From Escherichia coli (GTDB taxonomy: Bacteria; Pseudomonadota; Gammaproteobacteria; Enterobacterales; Enterobacteriaceae), in the NCBI RefSeq assembly GCF_003334255.1, contig NZ_QOWU01000010.1: a DNA stretch of 64,000 nucleotides, one strand, 5' to 3'. A program made the translations under genes and the position numbers. Below are positions 10,918 to 22,272 of the stretch, in pieces (the stretch's first letter is position 1; each line of letters starts with the position of its first letter). Under the pieces are notes generated by a model. It was not told the DNA's origin. It worked only from the letters and a program-made list of their open reading frames with translations, and made no database searches.

Positions 10918-12087
10918 ATGAAAATTAACTATCCGTTGCTGGCGCTGGCGATTGGCGCGTTTGGTATCGGGACAACGGAGTTCTCGCCAATGGGCTTGTT
11001 GCCCGTCATTGCGCGCGGTGTGGATGTCTCGATTCCCGCTGCCGGAATGTTAATCAGTGCCTATGCAGTTGGCGTAATGGTTGGCGCGCCGCTGATGACG
11101 CTTCTACTTTCTCATCGTGCCCGCCGCAGTGCGTTGATTTTCCTGATGGCAATTTTCACGCTCGGCAACGTACTTTCCGCCATCGCGCCGGATTATATGA
11201 CCCTGATGCTTTCACGCATTTTGACCAGCCTGAATCACGGAGCATTTTTTGGTTTGGGTTCAGTCGTGGCCGCAAGCGTGGTGCCAAAACATAAACAGGC
11301 CAGCGCAGTTGCCACTATGTTTATGGGGTTAACCCTGGCAAATATCGGTGGCGTGCCGGCGGCGACCTGGTTGGGTGAAACCATCGGCTGGCGGATGTCA
11401 TTTCTGGCAACGGCGGGGCTGGGAGTGATTTCAATGGTAAGTCTGTTCTTCTCATTACCTAAAGGTGGTGCAGGGGCACGACCTGAAGTGAAAAAAGAGC
11501 TGGCGGTATTAATGCGTCCGCAGGTGCTGTCTGCATTGCTGACGACGGTACTGGGAGCTGGTGCAATGTTTACTCTCTACACCTATATCTCTCCGGTACT
11601 GCAAAGTATTACCCACGCAACACCGGTGTTCGTCACGGCAATGCTGGTGCTGATTGGTGTCGGATTCTCTATCGGTAACTATCTCGGCGGCAAACTGGCA
11701 GATCGTTCAGTTAACGGCACGTTGAAAGGCTTTTTGTTGTTGTTGATGGTGATTATGCTGGCAATCCCGTTCCTGGCCCGCAATGAGTTCGGCGCAGCTA
11801 TTAGCATGGTGGTGTGGGGCGCAGCAACCTTTGCGGTCGTACCGCCGTTACAGATGCGCGTGATGCGTGTCGCCAGTGAAGCGCCAGGTCTGTCTTCATC
11901 AGTCAATATTGGTGCCTTTAATCTTGGAAATGCGCTGGGAGCAGCTGCTGGTGGTGCGGTAATTTCCGCTGGGCTGGGATACAGCTTTGTGCCGGTGATG
12001 GGAGCGATTGTCGCGGGACTGGCATTATTGCTGGTGTTTATGTCAGCCAGAAAACAACCTGAAACAGTTTGCGTTGCTAACAGCTAA
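10918..12087 (+). CDS. ydhP: YdhP, MFS transporter, 389 aa
   Basis: ORF-track 10918..12087. 12-TM MFS. SD GGTGGAG lies upstream. Confidence 0.93.
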   Translation: MKINYPLLALAIGAFGIGTTEFSPMGLLPVIARGVDVSIPAAGMLISAYAVGVMVGAPLMTLLLSHRARRSALIFLMAIFTLGNVLSAIAPDYMTLMLSRILTSLNHGAFFGLGSVVAASVVPKHKQASAVATMFMGLTLANIGGVPAATWLGETIGWRMSFLATAGLGVISMVSLFFSLPKGGAGARPEVKKELAVLMRPQVLSALLTTVLGAGAMFTLYTYISPVLQSITHATPVFVTAMLVLIGVGFSIGNYLGGKLADRSVNGTLKGFLLLLMVIMLAIPFLARNEFGAAISMVVWGAATFAVVPPLQMRVMRVASEAPGLSSSVNIGAFNLGNALGAAAGGAVISAGLGYSFVPVMGAIVAGLALLLVFMSARKQPETVCVANS

Positions 12088-12097
12088 TTAAACAAAA

Positions 12098-12121
12098 ACG
12101 CAGAAGGATAACCTTCTGCGT
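12098..12121. terminator. Hairpin after ydhP (A-tract before, so a better U-tract on the - strand). Probable bidirectional ydhP/sodB terminator.
   Basis: ACGCAGAAGG-ATAA-CCTTCTGCGT, flanked by AAAAA on the left. Confidence 0.5.
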
Positions 12122-12150
12122 TACAGTTGCTGACAACGTGCGATTTATCT

Positions 12151-12300
12151 TGCCGGATGCGGTGTTAACGACTCATCCGCGTTGACATGAAAAGACGCGT
12201 TAGGCGTCGTATCATGCAGCGCTTGTCGGATGCGGCGAGTGCCTTATCCGACCTACATCGATGATCCGCGTAGGCCTGATAAGCGTAGCGCTTCAGGCAA
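12151..12300. repeat. REP/BIME cluster (three REP-like palindromic units)
   Basis: TGCCGGATGCGG..CATCCGC, GTCGGATGCGGCGAGTGCCTTATCCGACCTAC and inverted GTAGGCCTGATAAGCGTAGCGCTTCAGGCA match the E. coli REP consensus. Confidence 0.85.
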
Positions 12301-12321
12301 TGCTGCATTTGCCATCAGTTA

Positions 12322-12903
12322 TTATGCAGCGAGATTTTTCGCTACGAATTCCCAGTTCACCAGCGCCCAGAAGTGCTCCAGATAGCCAGGACGTGCATTG
12401 CGATAGTCGATGTAATAAGCGTGTTCCCAGACATCAACGGTCAGCAGCGGAGTCGCATCGGTGGTCAGCGGAGTACCCGCGTTAGAGGTTGAAACGATAG
12501 CCAGTTTGCCATCGCTGTTTTTCACCAGCCAGGTCCAGCCAGAACCAAAGTTTTTGATCGCTGCATCAGTAAACTGCGCTTTGAAATCGGCAAAGCTGCC
12601 AAAAGATGCGGCGATAGCTTCAGCGACTTTTCCAGTCGGTTCGCCACCGGCGTTCGGTGCCAGGCAGTTCCAGTAGAAAGTATGGTTCCAGACCTGAGCT
12701 GCGTTGTTGAATACGCCACCTTCAGAGCTGCGAATAATCTCTTCCAGTGATTTACCTTCAAACGCGGTACCTTTAATCAGGTTGTTCAGGTTAGTGACAT
12801 AAGTCTGATGGTGCTTGCCGTAGTGATACTCGATGGTTTCCGCAGAAATGTGCGGTGCCAGAGCATCTTTAGCATATGGTAGTGCAGGTAATTCGAATGA
12901 CAT
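12322..12903 (-). CDS. sodB: Superoxide dismutase [Fe], 193 aa
   Basis: ORF-track 12322..12903. [36 protein letters not shown]... Confidence 0.98.
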   Translation of the reverse strand: MSFELPALPYAKDALAPHISAETIEYHYGKHHQTYVTNLNNLIKGTAFEGKSLEEIIRSSEGGVFNNAAQVWNHTFYWNCLAPNAGGEPTGKVAEAIAASFGSFADFKAQFTDAAIKNFGSGWTWLVKNSDGKLAIVSTSNAGTPLTTDATPLLTVDVWEHAYYIDYRNARPGYLEHFWALVNWEFVAKNLAA

Positions 12904-12989
12904 TGCTACTCTCCTTTATTATTAATTTGCATACGTACAATAGCCTTATTGTGCGTATGGATAGGGTAGCAAATTAAAAGGTGAGACAA

Positions 12990-13026
12990 AAGATGAACTT
13001 ACCCTGTTGCCGTAACAACAGGGTAA
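12990..13026 (-). terminator. Intrinsic terminator downstream of mepH
   Basis: - strand TTACCCTGTTG-TTACGG-CAACAGGGTAA followed by GTTCATCTTTTGTCTC. Confidence 0.6.
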
Positions 13027-13030
13027 AGTT

Positions 13031-13846
13031 TTAGCGAAGTGTTTTTGGGGTCATTACCCGACGAGCGCCAACATAGTGGCGCTGCCAGTAGTCTTCACTG
13101 AGAGAAGTGATTTGAATTTCCTGACCTGTGCGCGGTGACTGAATAAATTTGCCGTTGCCGACATACACGCCGACATGATCGGCTGTGCCGCGTCCCTGAG
13201 TACGGAAAAAGACCAGGTCGCCGTTTTTCAGTTCACTACGTTCGATTGGCGCTGCATCACGCAGGTGATACATTTCATTCGCCGTACGCGGAATACGAAT
13301 TTTCACCAAATCTTTATAAGCGTAATAAACCAGGCCGCTGCAATCAAAACCGGTACGCGGTGAGCTGCCACCCCAACGATATGGCTTACCAATTTGCTGC
13401 ATCAGTTTATTCATTGCCACTTTCGTAGCTTTTTGCACCTTCGCTTTGTGCGCGTCGGCAAGAGTTCCTGACGCGGCATTTTTGACTTTCACACAATGCG
13501 ATTTATAGCCCTTACGTTTGGTACACTTTTCGGTAAAGCTGGCTGAGGCCGTTTTATTGACGGCGTGTTTGCTGCGAGTTTTGGCGTTTTTAGAAGCGGT
13601 AATGGAAGATTTTTTAACGGAAGAAGCGGTTTTGCTTTTGGTCGTACTTTTACTGGCGGCTTTTTTCGCTGTTTTCTGGGTCTTTTTGGTGGTTGCCGTG
13701 CTTTTCTTTTTATCTGCTTTTTTGGTGATATGAGTGGTAGCAGAACTCTCCCTGGCTTGCTTTGAAGCATGGGCCATAGGCGTTAAAGGCAGGGTGGTAA
13801 AAAGTAAAGCACAGAGCGTGATCGAAATACGGTTTATCCGCGCCAC
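13031..13846 (-). CDS. mepH: MepH (YdhO), NlpC/P60 peptidoglycan DD-endopeptidase with Lys/Ser/Thr-rich N-terminal linker, 271 aa
   Basis: ORF-track 13031..13846. Signal peptide, low-complexity KKxSTxTTKK region, and C-terminal NlpC/P60 motifs (..GFDCSGLVYYAY.. ..HVGVYVGNGKFIQSP..). Confidence 0.93.
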   Translation of the reverse strand: MARINRISITLCALLFTTLPLTPMAHASKQARESSATTHITKKADKKKSTATTKKTQKTAKKAASKSTTKSKTASSVKKSSITASKNAKTRSKHAVNKTASASFTEKCTKRKGYKSHCVKVKNAASGTLADAHKAKVQKATKVAMNKLMQQIGKPYRWGGSSPRTGFDCSGLVYYAYKDLVKIRIPRTANEMYHLRDAAPIERSELKNGDLVFFRTQGRGTADHVGVYVGNGKFIQSPRTGQEIQITSLSEDYWQRHYVGARRVMTPKTLR

Positions 13847-14179
13847 TGAGCGTCCCTCTGTTAAGGCAGGTCTATCATGCCTGCGTCTGATTTACAAAAC
13901 TTGATGATTCTAATGCATAGAAGAAGAGAAAGTTAATAGCTTTTATTGTTAAAAAATACGTTTCGTTGGCGAGCGCAAAAAAATGCAGCAGTGAAAGCTA
14001 AAAATGGTTATAAATACGCCAGTTTGCCGGCATCAGAGAAGAAACGAATATTTGAAATGCAACAAATAGAGCAAAGGGATAAAATAGCAAAAGCGTGATG
14101 AAAATGTTATTTTCCGATGCCGCACTGACCCGCTACAATGTCAGATTACTGCCGTAAAGAAGTTTGAGGAAGCAAGACA

Positions 14180-14527
14180 ATGAGCACCACTATCGAAAAA
14201 ATCCAACGCCAGATTGCTGAAAACCCGATCCTGCTGTACATGAAAGGTTCACCGAAACTGCCGAGCTGCGGTTTCTCTGCCCAGGCAGTCCAGGCGCTTG
14301 CCGCATGTGGCGAACGTTTTGCCTATGTTGATATTCTGCAGAATCCGGACATTCGTGCGGAACTGCCGAAATATGCTAACTGGCCGACCTTCCCGCAACT
14401 GTGGGTTGACGGCGAGCTGGTCGGCGGTTGTGATATCGTGATCGAAATGTATCAGCGTGGCGAACTGCAGCAGCTGATCAAAGAAACTGCCGCTAAATAC
14501 AAGTCTGAAGAGCCGGACGCGGAATAA
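14180..14527 (+). CDS. grxD: Monothiol glutaredoxin 4, 115 aa
   Basis: ORF-track 14180..14527. CGFS active-site motif (..SPKLPSCGFSAQ..). Confidence 0.97.
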   Translation: MSTTIEKIQRQIAENPILLYMKGSPKLPSCGFSAQAVQALAACGERFAYVDILQNPDIRAELPKYANWPTFPQLWVDGELVGGCDIVIEMYQRGELQQLIKETAAKYKSEEPDAE

Positions 14528-14540
14528 TCCGTCCTGCAAT

Positions 14541-14579
14541 ACTGACGGATGCGAACGGGCATCCGTCAGTCCTTTCTCT
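14541..14579 (+). terminator. Intrinsic terminator after grxD (between convergent grxD and lhr)
   Basis: ACTGACGGATGC-GAACGG-GCATCCGTCAGT followed by CCTTTCTCT. Confidence 0.6.
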
Positions 14580-17500
14580 ATCCCCAATCCAGCCCTTGTG
14601 GCGAACTTGAAAATCCCGCCTCACGCAGCAGCGTAAACATCGGCGTTTGCCGGACCGGTAGATCATTCACTTCTGTTAGCGTAAAGCGCAGCCGTGGTTC
14701 GCGACGCAGTGCGGTAGTCAGCGCGTGGAAAACCTCTGGGGCGAGTAATTCCTCTTTTTCCTGCCAGACCAGCATTTTTTTGCCACCTTGCGCCAGATAG
14801 AGTAACAATTTGCCGCCAGAAACGACCACCAGCGCACCCGCCCGACGCGTTGGAACCAGCGTTGCCGGATGTGCAGGCCAGGGCAGAAGATTTCCCCACA
14901 CATTAGCCGGATCGTTGGCAGAGAGCGCCACTGGTGTATAGTGGCGCGTTTGCGTGGCTTGTGTCGCCAGATCGCGCAATCGGTCAATAGTCAGACGTTC
15001 AGCGAATTGCGCGCCACCCAGACCTTCTACAAAACGACCTCGCATAATTCGCCCGGAGTCTTCCATACTTCGACAAAGCGTTTGCATCGATGGAAACCCG
15101 CCAGGGATATTTTCGGCTATCACCGCCTGACGACTGATGATGCCGTAGCGGTCGAGCATATTTTCCGCCAGCGCCAGCATCCTTTCGGTATCGTTTAGTG
15201 GCTCCACCTGCAATAACGACCAGCGTCCAGCCAGATTTGGTGTGTTGTAAGATACCCGCGGCGAGACGGGTTGCGCATAGACAGGACGTCCACGACGAGC
15301 CCGGTGACTGCGGCGAGTTGAGGTGCGTGCGTTGGAACTGCTGCGGGTGAGGGCGCGTAACGGTGCCCAAATGTCGCTGGTGATGACGCCTTGCCAGACC
15401 AGCGCCCATAACGCCTCTTGCAGGGCAGAGAGATCAACCGATTCGCCGATTTTGTCGCGTATCCGTTGGCTGATTTGTTGTGCAAACCAGGCTCCTCCGT
15501 CAGCCAGAACAGCGACTATCGCTTGTTGCAGCGCCGAACGATTCGCCTGATCCGCTTCGGCGGGAGTGAACGATTCTGCAGCATATTCCTGTAGATGCAG
15601 TGCCACCAGGCCGTCATCTTCACCCAGTTTTTTTTGCCCCGACCAGATAACCGCACCGGTTGCCAGTAATTCATCGAGCATTTCTGACGAATAGTCGCGT
15701 ACGCGGGCAGGCAGGATCTGGCTTTCCCAGAGTGAGGCGGGTAAACCGACTCCGGCAAGCTGTTCGATCACCCGCATCACGCCATCTACGCCCTCATAAA
15801 CGCCTGGCGATGTTGAGGCAAAGAGCGCCGGGCTACCATCGGTGGCGGGTAATACGCCCTGACGTTCCAGCAGCAATCGCGCATAGGTCGTGGCTGCAAC
15901 GGGACGCGTCGCTTCTCTGGCGGCTTGCAGCGAGCGCAAACGCAGACGACGAAATACTTCATCGCTCACCCAGATGTCTTGTTGCAGATTCATCACCAGA
16001 CCCTGTTCACGCAGTTGCTGAAGCTGCTCTTCGACAATGGCAATACCGAGACTAAACTCATGAGCCAGTTGTTCAGCCGTGACCAGAGCATGAGCCCGGA
16101 GATAGCGCAGAAAGAGGTCGCGAAGCGGGTAACTGACTCTATGTAAATAAATCTCTGGCAATGACTCTGGTAGTCGTACGCCGAGGGCATCACGCAGCCT
16201 GGCGGCATCATCCATACAGGCAAGACGCTCCTGTCCGCTAATCATCGCTGGGAAGATTCGTTTTACTGCAAGAAGATTTTCCAGATACGACGTAACCTCT
16301 TCACTGCTGCCTGTATGCCGTTGCGCCAGGTCTTCAACGGTCATTGGCCCCAGTTCGCGCAGCAGGTCGAACAATCCTTCTTCACCTTTCGCTCTTCTGC
16401 CAGGAGCCAGTCGTTGCAACTCTTCTTCCACCTGGCGAATGACCTGCGGGTCGAGTAATTCCCCCGGATCGACCTGTCCGAGTAGATTGCGCAGTAACTC
16501 GCTGTCCAGCGACAGTACGGATGCCCGGCGCTCTGCCAGCGGGGCGTCGCTCTGGTACATAAATTCCGCGACATAGCCGAACAATAAACTTGTGGCGAAA
16601 GGCGAGGGCGTAGTGGTCGTTACATCGGATATTTGAATTTCGCCACCGTTCAGGCGACGCATCAAACGTTCCAGTGCGGGAAGATCATAAACATCTTGCA
16701 GACATTCGCGTAGGGTTTCGAGAATGACCGGAAAATCCGGATATCCCTGAGCGATTTCCAGCAACTGACTGGCGCGCAGCCGTTGTTGCCAAAGCGGGGT
16801 GCGATGGCCCGGAGTGCGCCCCGGCATTAATAATGCCCGCGCGGCGCATTCGCGAAAACGGGCGGCGAAAAGTGCCGAGCTGCCTACCGCCTCGCGGACA
16901 ATTTGCAGCAACTTTTCTGGTTCAAACAAAAAAATCGCGGCATCGGGCAATTTACCATCGGTGTCAGGAATACGTGCAACAATGCCGTCATCACTGGCGA
17001 CCACCGACGCGTCAGCGCCCCATAGCGCATGTATTCGCCCGGCAATCGCCACCGCCCAGGGTTCATGCACCCGTCTTCCATAGGGAGAGTGCAAAATAAT
17101 ACGCCAGTCACCAATTTCATCACGGCACCGTTCGAGGACCAGATGGCGACTCCCCGGAACGATGCCCGTCGCGTTGCGCTGCTCCTCAATCAACCCCTGA
17201 ATATTGGCGATCGTATTTTCTTCTGCCAGCCACGGGGGAATAGTCCCGGAAAAGAACGCGCCATCCGCCAGCAAATGAAGAAAATCGCCGATCATCTCGC
17301 CTAATTCAGCCGGACGTCCGTTACCTTCACCACGCCAGAAGGGGAGCCGGGCAGAACGACCCGGAGCAGGAGTCACAATCACCTGATCGCGGGTGATTTG
17401 CTGGATCCGCCATGAGGTAGCGCCGAGAGTGATAATGTCGTTCACCCGCGACTCATATACCATCTCCTCATCCAGTTCACCCACCCGCCGCGAACCGGCC

Positions 17501-19194
17501 TTTTCTTCACCTTCGGGTAATAACACGCTATACATGCCACGATCCGGAATGGTGCCGCCGCTGGTAACCGCCAACAATTGAGCGCCAGGTCGGGCGGTCA
17601 ATATCCCGGTCTCCCTGTTCCAGACCAGTTTGGGGCGAAAAGCAGAAAAATCGCCAGAGGGATAGCGCCCGGAAAGCATATCCAGCGTGGCGTCAAAAAC
17701 ACGTCTTGGCAGATCTTTCCACGGTGCGGCACGGCGTACGCGGGAGTACCATTCGTCTACCTGTAATGCATCCATCGCCGCGGCGGCAACGGTTTGCTGC
17801 GCAAGGACGTCGAGAGGATTATGCGGTGGTGTCAGGTTTTCCAGCCTGCCTGCGAACATACACTCTACAATGACTGCGGAATCGACTAAATCACGCCGGG
17901 TACGGGGGAAAAACAGCCCTTTAGATACACCGCCAACCTGATGTCCGGCGCGACCAATGCGTTGTAACCCACTGGCAACAGAAAGCGGCGTTGCCACCTG
18001 AATCACCAGATCCACCGCGCCCATATCAATCCCCAGTTCAAGACTGGAGGTTGCGACCACGCAGCGTAATTCACCCGATTTCAGCGCCTGTTCGGTGATT
18101 GCTCGTTGTTCTTTAGAGACGGAGCCGTGGTGTGAGCGGGCAATAAAAACGTCGCTACTTTGTACACGGTTAGAGGTTGCGCCGGAGGTCGACTCGAAAT
18201 GGGCCGCATCAACGGCGATAGACGGGGAACGCTGTAAGCGTGCGGCGTAAAGCTCATTTAATCGTGCCGTCAGTTTTTCCGCCAGCCCCCGCGAATTAGT
18301 AAAGACAATGGTCGAGCGATGGCGCAACACTTCATCAAGGATACCCGTTTCAATATATGGCCAGATGGAGCCTTCCCGGCCGGCATGGCTGTCTTCGCCG
18401 GTGCCGCTGGCGACCGATGAGACATCATCCATATTGGCGACCGGTACGACAATTCGTATCTGCGGATGGCGCATTGCGGGCGGGTTGACTACCGTAACCG
18501 GGCGATCGCCACCAAGAAATGCTGCCACATCGCTGGCTGAGCGCACAGTGGCAGAAAGGCCAATTCGCTGTGCTGAGGTGTGGAGCAGCGCATCGAGCCG
18601 CTCCAGACTTAACGCCAGATGCGCACCACGTTTACTGCCCGCTACCGCGTGGACTTCATCAATAATTACCGTTTCGACGCCGCGTAGCGTTTCGCGCGCG
18701 CGGGAGGTCAGCATCAGATAGAGTGATTCGGGTGTGGTGATCAGAATATCCGGCGGATTACGGGTGAGTTTGCTGCGTTCCTGTGCAGGCGTATCGCCAG
18801 TACGGATCCCTACGCGAAGATTGACTTCCGTTTCGCCGCGCCGCCGCCGTTCATCGGCAATACCCTTCAACGGGATCTGCAAGTTGCGCTGAACGTCGGT
18901 GCCCAGGGCTTTTATCGGTGAAATATAGAGGATGCGTGAGGTTTTACGCTTATGCGCCTCGCGGGTATCTTCGCCGCCTTCGCGGAAGAGCCGATCGAGG
19001 GCGTAGAGAAATGCTGCCAGCGTTTTCCCGGAGCCGGTCGGTGCAATCACCAGCGCATGTTCGCTTCGCGCCGCCACATGCCAGGTTTGCGGCTGGACAG
19101 CGGTCGGCTGTTTAAAGGCGCGAAGAAACCAGTCGCGGGTCGCCGGTGAAAACACGTCCGGCAGGAGCGATGAAGGGTCTGGATTATCTGCCAT
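14578..19194 (-). CDS. lhr: Lhr, large ATP-dependent DEAD/DEAH-box helicase, 1538 aa
   Basis: ORF-track 14578..19194. Walker A (APTGSGKT), DEVH box, helicase C motifs, long C-terminal extension. Confidence 0.96.
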   Translation of the reverse strand: MADNPDPSSLLPDVFSPATRDWFLRAFKQPTAVQPQTWHVAARSEHALVIAPTGSGKTLAAFLYALDRLFREGGEDTREAHKRKTSRILYISPIKALGTDVQRNLQIPLKGIADERRRRGETEVNLRVGIRTGDTPAQERSKLTRNPPDILITTPESLYLMLTSRARETLRGVETVIIDEVHAVAGSKRGAHLALSLERLDALLHTSAQRIGLSATVRSASDVAAFLGGDRPVTVVNPPAMRHPQIRIVVPVANMDDVSSVASGTGEDSHAGREGSIWPYIETGILDEVLRHRSTIVFTNSRGLAEKLTARLNELYAARLQRSPSIAVDAAHFESTSGATSNRVQSSDVFIARSHHGSVSKEQRAITEQALKSGELRCVVATSSLELGIDMGAVDLVIQVATPLSVASGLQRIGRAGHQVGGVSKGLFFPRTRRDLVDSAVIVECMFAGRLENLTPPHNPLDVLAQQTVAAAAMDALQVDEWYSRVRRAAPWKDLPRRVFDATLDMLSGRYPSGDFSAFRPKLVWNRETGILTARPGAQLLAVTSGGTIPDRGMYSVLLPEGEEKAGSRRVGELDEEMVYESRVNDIITLGATSWRIQQITRDQVIVTPAPGRSARLPFWRGEGNGRPAELGEMIGDFLHLLADGAFFSGTIPPWLAEENTIANIQGLIEEQRNATGIVPGSRHLVLERCRDEIGDWRIILHSPYGRRVHEPWAVAIAGRIHALWGADASVVASDDGIVARIPDTDGKLPDAAIFLFEPEKLLQIVREAVGSSALFAARFRECAARALLMPGRTPGHRTPLWQQRLRASQLLEIAQGYPDFPVILETLRECLQDVYDLPALERLMRRLNGGEIQISDVTTTTPSPFATSLLFGYVAEFMYQSDAPLAERRASVLSLDSELLRNLLGQVDPGELLDPQVIRQVEEELQRLAPGRRAKGEEGLFDLLRELGPMTVEDLAQRHTGSSEEVTSYLENLLAVKRIFPAMISGQERLACMDDAARLRDALGVRLPESLPEIYLHRVSYPLRDLFLRYLRAHALVTAEQLAHEFSLGIAIVEEQLQQLREQGLVMNLQQDIWVSDEVFRRLRLRSLQAAREATRPVAATTYARLLLERQGVLPATDGSPALFASTSPGVYEGVDGVMRVIEQLAGVGLPASLWESQILPARVRDYSSEMLDELLATGAVIWSGQKKLGEDDGLVALHLQEYAAESFTPAEADQANRSALQQAIVAVLADGGAWFAQQISQRIRDKIGESVDLSALQEALWALVWQGVITSDIWAPLRALTRSSSNARTSTRRSHRARRGRPVYAQPVSPRVSYNTPNLAGRWSLLQVEPLNDTERMLALAENMLDRYGIISRQAVIAENIPGGFPSMQTLCRSMEDSGRIMRGRFVEGLGGAQFAERLTIDRLRDLATQATQTRHYTPVALSANDPANVWGNLLPWPAHPATLVPTRRAGALVVVSGGKLLLYLAQGGKKMLVWQEKEELLAPEVFHALTTALRREPRLRFTLTEVNDLPVRQTPMFTLLREAGFSSSPQGLDWG

Positions 19195-19286
19195 TAACGC
19201 TATTCCCCGTGAATATCATGCAGGATGCGTGGAATAGCCTCACTATAGATGCCTGAATCATTGCATGTCATCAGGCATCGACTCGA

Positions 19287-19934
19287 TTACACCTCTTCGG
19301 CGGCAGATAGCGGCCAGCCTCCCAGACGTTTCCAGCGGTTGACGATTTCACAAAACAGCACAGCAGTGCGTTCGGTGTCGTACAGCGCGGAGTGCGCCTG
19401 GGTGCTGTCGAAGTCCATGCCAGCGGTCTGGCAAGCCTTTGACAATACGGTTTGTCCGAGTGCCAGCCCGGCCAGTGCAGCAGTGTCAAAAGTGGCGAAA
19501 GGGTGGAACGGGTTACGTTTCAGTGAGGCGCGTTCTGCGGCGGCCATCATAAAGCTGTGATCAAAATTGGCATTGTGCGCCACCATAATGGCGCGGTTAC
19601 AGCCGCTCGCTTTAATACCTTTACGTACAACTTTAAAAATTTCGTGCAGCGCCTCGTATTCGCTGACCGCGCCGCGATCGGGATCGTTCGGGTCAATGCC
19701 GTTGAAGGCGAGGGCTTCTGGTTGCAAATTTGCGCCGACAAATGGTTCGACGTGGAAATGTAATGTGGTGTCCGGCATCAGCCAGCCTTGTTCATCCATT
19801 TTCAGGGTGATGGCGGCAATCTCAAGCAGCGCATCGGTTTTGGCGTTAAATCCGGCTGTTTCAACATCGATCACAACAGGATAAAAACCACGAAAACGGT
19901 CGCACAGACCGGTAAGTTGAGCGTTATCGGACAT
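19287..19934 (-). CDS. rnt: Ribonuclease T, 215 aa
   Basis: ORF-track 19287..19934. DEDDh exonuclease motifs (..VVIDVETAG.. ..HNANFDHSF.. ..HSALYDTE..). Confidence 0.97.
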   Translation of the reverse strand: MSDNAQLTGLCDRFRGFYPVVIDVETAGFNAKTDALLEIAAITLKMDEQGWLMPDTTLHFHVEPFVGANLQPEALAFNGIDPNDPDRGAVSEYEALHEIFKVVRKGIKASGCNRAIMVAHNANFDHSFMMAAAERASLKRNPFHPFATFDTAALAGLALGQTVLSKACQTAGMDFDSTQAHSALYDTERTAVLFCEIVNRWKRLGGWPLSAAEEV

Positions 19935-20036
19935 CTGATTCTCTTAATACGGATAAATTGCAGCGCGCATTATGACAAATATTACTTGTCGATGCAGTAA
20001 AGATGCGGGCGCGATGAGTTCACGCCCGGCAGGAGA

Positions 20037-20444
20037 TTAGTTGCCCAGACCGCGACCGGCGTCTTTCTCTTCGATTAACTCAATTTTGTAACCGTCCGGA
20101 TCTTCCACAAACGCGATAACCGTAGTACCGCCTTTTACCGGACCCGCTTCACGGGTCACGTTACCCCCGTTTTGACGGATTTTTTCGCACGCTTCAGCGG
20201 CGTTATCTACGCTAAGCGCGATGTGACCATAAGCAGTGCCGAGTTCGTATTTATCCACGCCCCAGTTGTAGGTCAGTTCAATCACCGCTTCTTCGGTTTC
20301 CGGGCCGTAGCCAACAAACGCCAGTGAGTATTTGTATTCCGGGTTTTCGCTGGTACGCAGCAGTTTCATGCCCAGCACTTTGGTATAAAAATCGATGGAG
20401 CGTTGCAAATCGCCAACGCGCAGCATGGTATGAAGAAGACGCAT
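20037..20444 (-). CDS. gloA: Glyoxalase I (lactoylglutathione lyase), 135 aa
   Basis: ORF-track 20037..20444. [30 protein letters not shown]... Confidence 0.97.
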
Positions 20445-20524
20445 CTTTTTATCCTCAAAATGGCTAACAGATTCAAAATGTTGTTTTAGTATAGCGGCGG
20501 CTTTACGCCGCTCGCAATGTTGGA

Positions 20525-21622
20525 TTACAACGTCGGGTAATCGGTATAGCCTTCCGCGCCGCCACCGTAGAAACTTTCGGCACGCTGTGGGTTAAGCTCA
20601 GCTTTGCGCTGCAAGCGGGCGACCAGATCCGGGTTCGCAATCCAGTCACGACCAAATGCCACCGCATCAATTAACCCTTTGCCGATCAGCGTTTCAGCTT
20701 TTTCTACTGTGTATGCACCTGCGCCGATAATCGGACCGTGGAAACGGGCGCGTACTTTTTCGCGGAACGCATCAGTATACGGTTCACCCCCCGCCCAATC
20801 TGGTTCTGACATATGCAGATAAGCAATGCCGCGTTTACCCAGTTGTTCAATCAGATACAGTGCATCGGCTTCTTCATTCGGGCCGTTATCTGTGTTCTGG
20901 AAAGTACCGATTGGTGAAACGCGAATGCCAATGCGATCGGCACCCCATTCTTCAATCCCGGCATCGACCACTTCCAGTACCAAACGTGCGCGATTTTCCA
21001 CGCTGCCGCCGTACTGATCGGTACGATGGTTTGAAGAAGGAGAAAGGAACTGATGCAGCAAATAACCGTGAGCAGAGTGGAGCTCTACCAGATCAAAACC
21101 GGCTTCACGCGCGTTAGCAATGGCCTGACGGAAATCATTGACGATACCTGGAATCTCTTCCAGTTCAAGCGCACGCGGCATGGATGTTTCAACACGGATC
21201 GCCTGACCATTTTCATCGCGCAGAGAAGTACGTGTTCCCGCGCTAAGTGCTGAAGGCGCTACCGGTGCCTGACCGCCAGGTTGCAGGCTGGCGTGAGAAA
21301 TGCGTCCGGTGTGCCACAGCTGCACGGCCATATGACCATTTTCAGCATGAACGCCAGCGGTGATTTTTTTCCATGCGGCAATTTGCTCCGGACTATGGAT
21401 GCCAGGCGCACCTGCATATCCTTTTGCCTGGGCAGAAATTTGCGTGGCTTCACTAATAATCAAACCGGCACTGGCACGTTGGCGATAGTATTCCGCCATC
21501 AACGGGGTAGGAATGTCACCCGGTTCAATACTGCGCAGACGCGTCAGCGGTGCCATAAAAATACGGTTTGCCGCCGTGATCGCGCCCACTTTCAGTGGGG
21601 AATACAGTTTTTCAGATGACAT
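20525..21622 (-). CDS. nemA: N-ethylmaleimide reductase (Old Yellow Enzyme family), 365 aa
   Basis: ORF-track 20525..21622. OYE-type FMN oxidoreductase sequence. Confidence 0.96.
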
Positions 21623-21658
21623 AAAGGCTCCCGGTCGTCTGGTGATAAAAAATGCCTG

Positions 21659-22258
21659 CTAAACGGCAGGCGTCGCAATAATGTTTTTTACATGGGCCAG
21701 CGCGTTTTCCAGTGGCTCGAAACTGCGCGAAATTTTGGCCTGCAGATTCGCGCCAAGCCACAGTGCGTAAAGCACTTGTGCCTGTTGCAGCGGTTCGCCA
21801 CAAAAGGTTAAACAATGGTTCTCACGGCCATTTTCCAGCGCCTGAGAGAGCAGGGCGATCACGCCGCGAGCACCTTTATCCATCGCGCTGCGCATATCTT
21901 CTGACAGATCGCACACTTCGGCAGAGAGTTTTACTGTCAGGCAACCACTGATGGTTCCATGTTGGCAAAACTGGTTCAGTGTTTGCTGGTAATAAGCCAG
22001 TATGCGGTCGCGGTAGTTACCTTCGCCGGATTGCAGCAACTCAGTCAGTCGCTGGTGATATGCGGCGTAATGACGCTCAAGCATGGCAACGCCAAACGCT
22101 TCTTTAGAGCGAAAGTAGTGATAGAAGGACCCTTTCGGCACTTCAGCGGTTTTTAGTAATTCGCTTAGCCCCATCCCGGTGAATCCACGTTGCAGGCAAA
22201 GTTGCTCGCCCGTCGCCAGGAGATGTTCGCGAGTATCATGTTCGGTGTGTTTGTTCAT
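21659..22258 (-). CDS. nemR: NemR (YdhM), TetR-family repressor of nemRA-gloA, 199 aa
   Basis: ORF-track 21659..22258. N-terminal TetR HTH (..RGFTGMGLSELLKTAEVPKGSFYHYF..). Confidence 0.95.
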   Translation of the reverse strand: MNKHTEHDTREHLLATGEQLCLQRGFTGMGLSELLKTAEVPKGSFYHYFRSKEAFGVAMLERHYAAYHQRLTELLQSGEGNYRDRILAYYQQTLNQFCQHGTISGCLTVKLSAEVCDLSEDMRSAMDKGARGVIALLSQALENGRENHCLTFCGEPLQQAQVLYALWLGANLQAKISRSFEPLENALAHVKNIIATPAV

Positions 22259-22272
22259 GCGTTGGAGTGTAG

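Noticed and set aside
13489-13770. Several 60-93-aa ORFs on both strands inside the mepH low-complexity region
   Set aside because: They are generated by the Lys/Ser/Thr-rich repetitive coding sequence of mepH. They have no independent signals.
14578-19194. Dozens of 60-140-aa ORFs in alternative frames within lhr
   Set aside because: The high GC content of lhr suppresses stop codons in off-frames. None has RBS support, and the Arg/Pro/Ala-rich translations are typical of off-frame reads.
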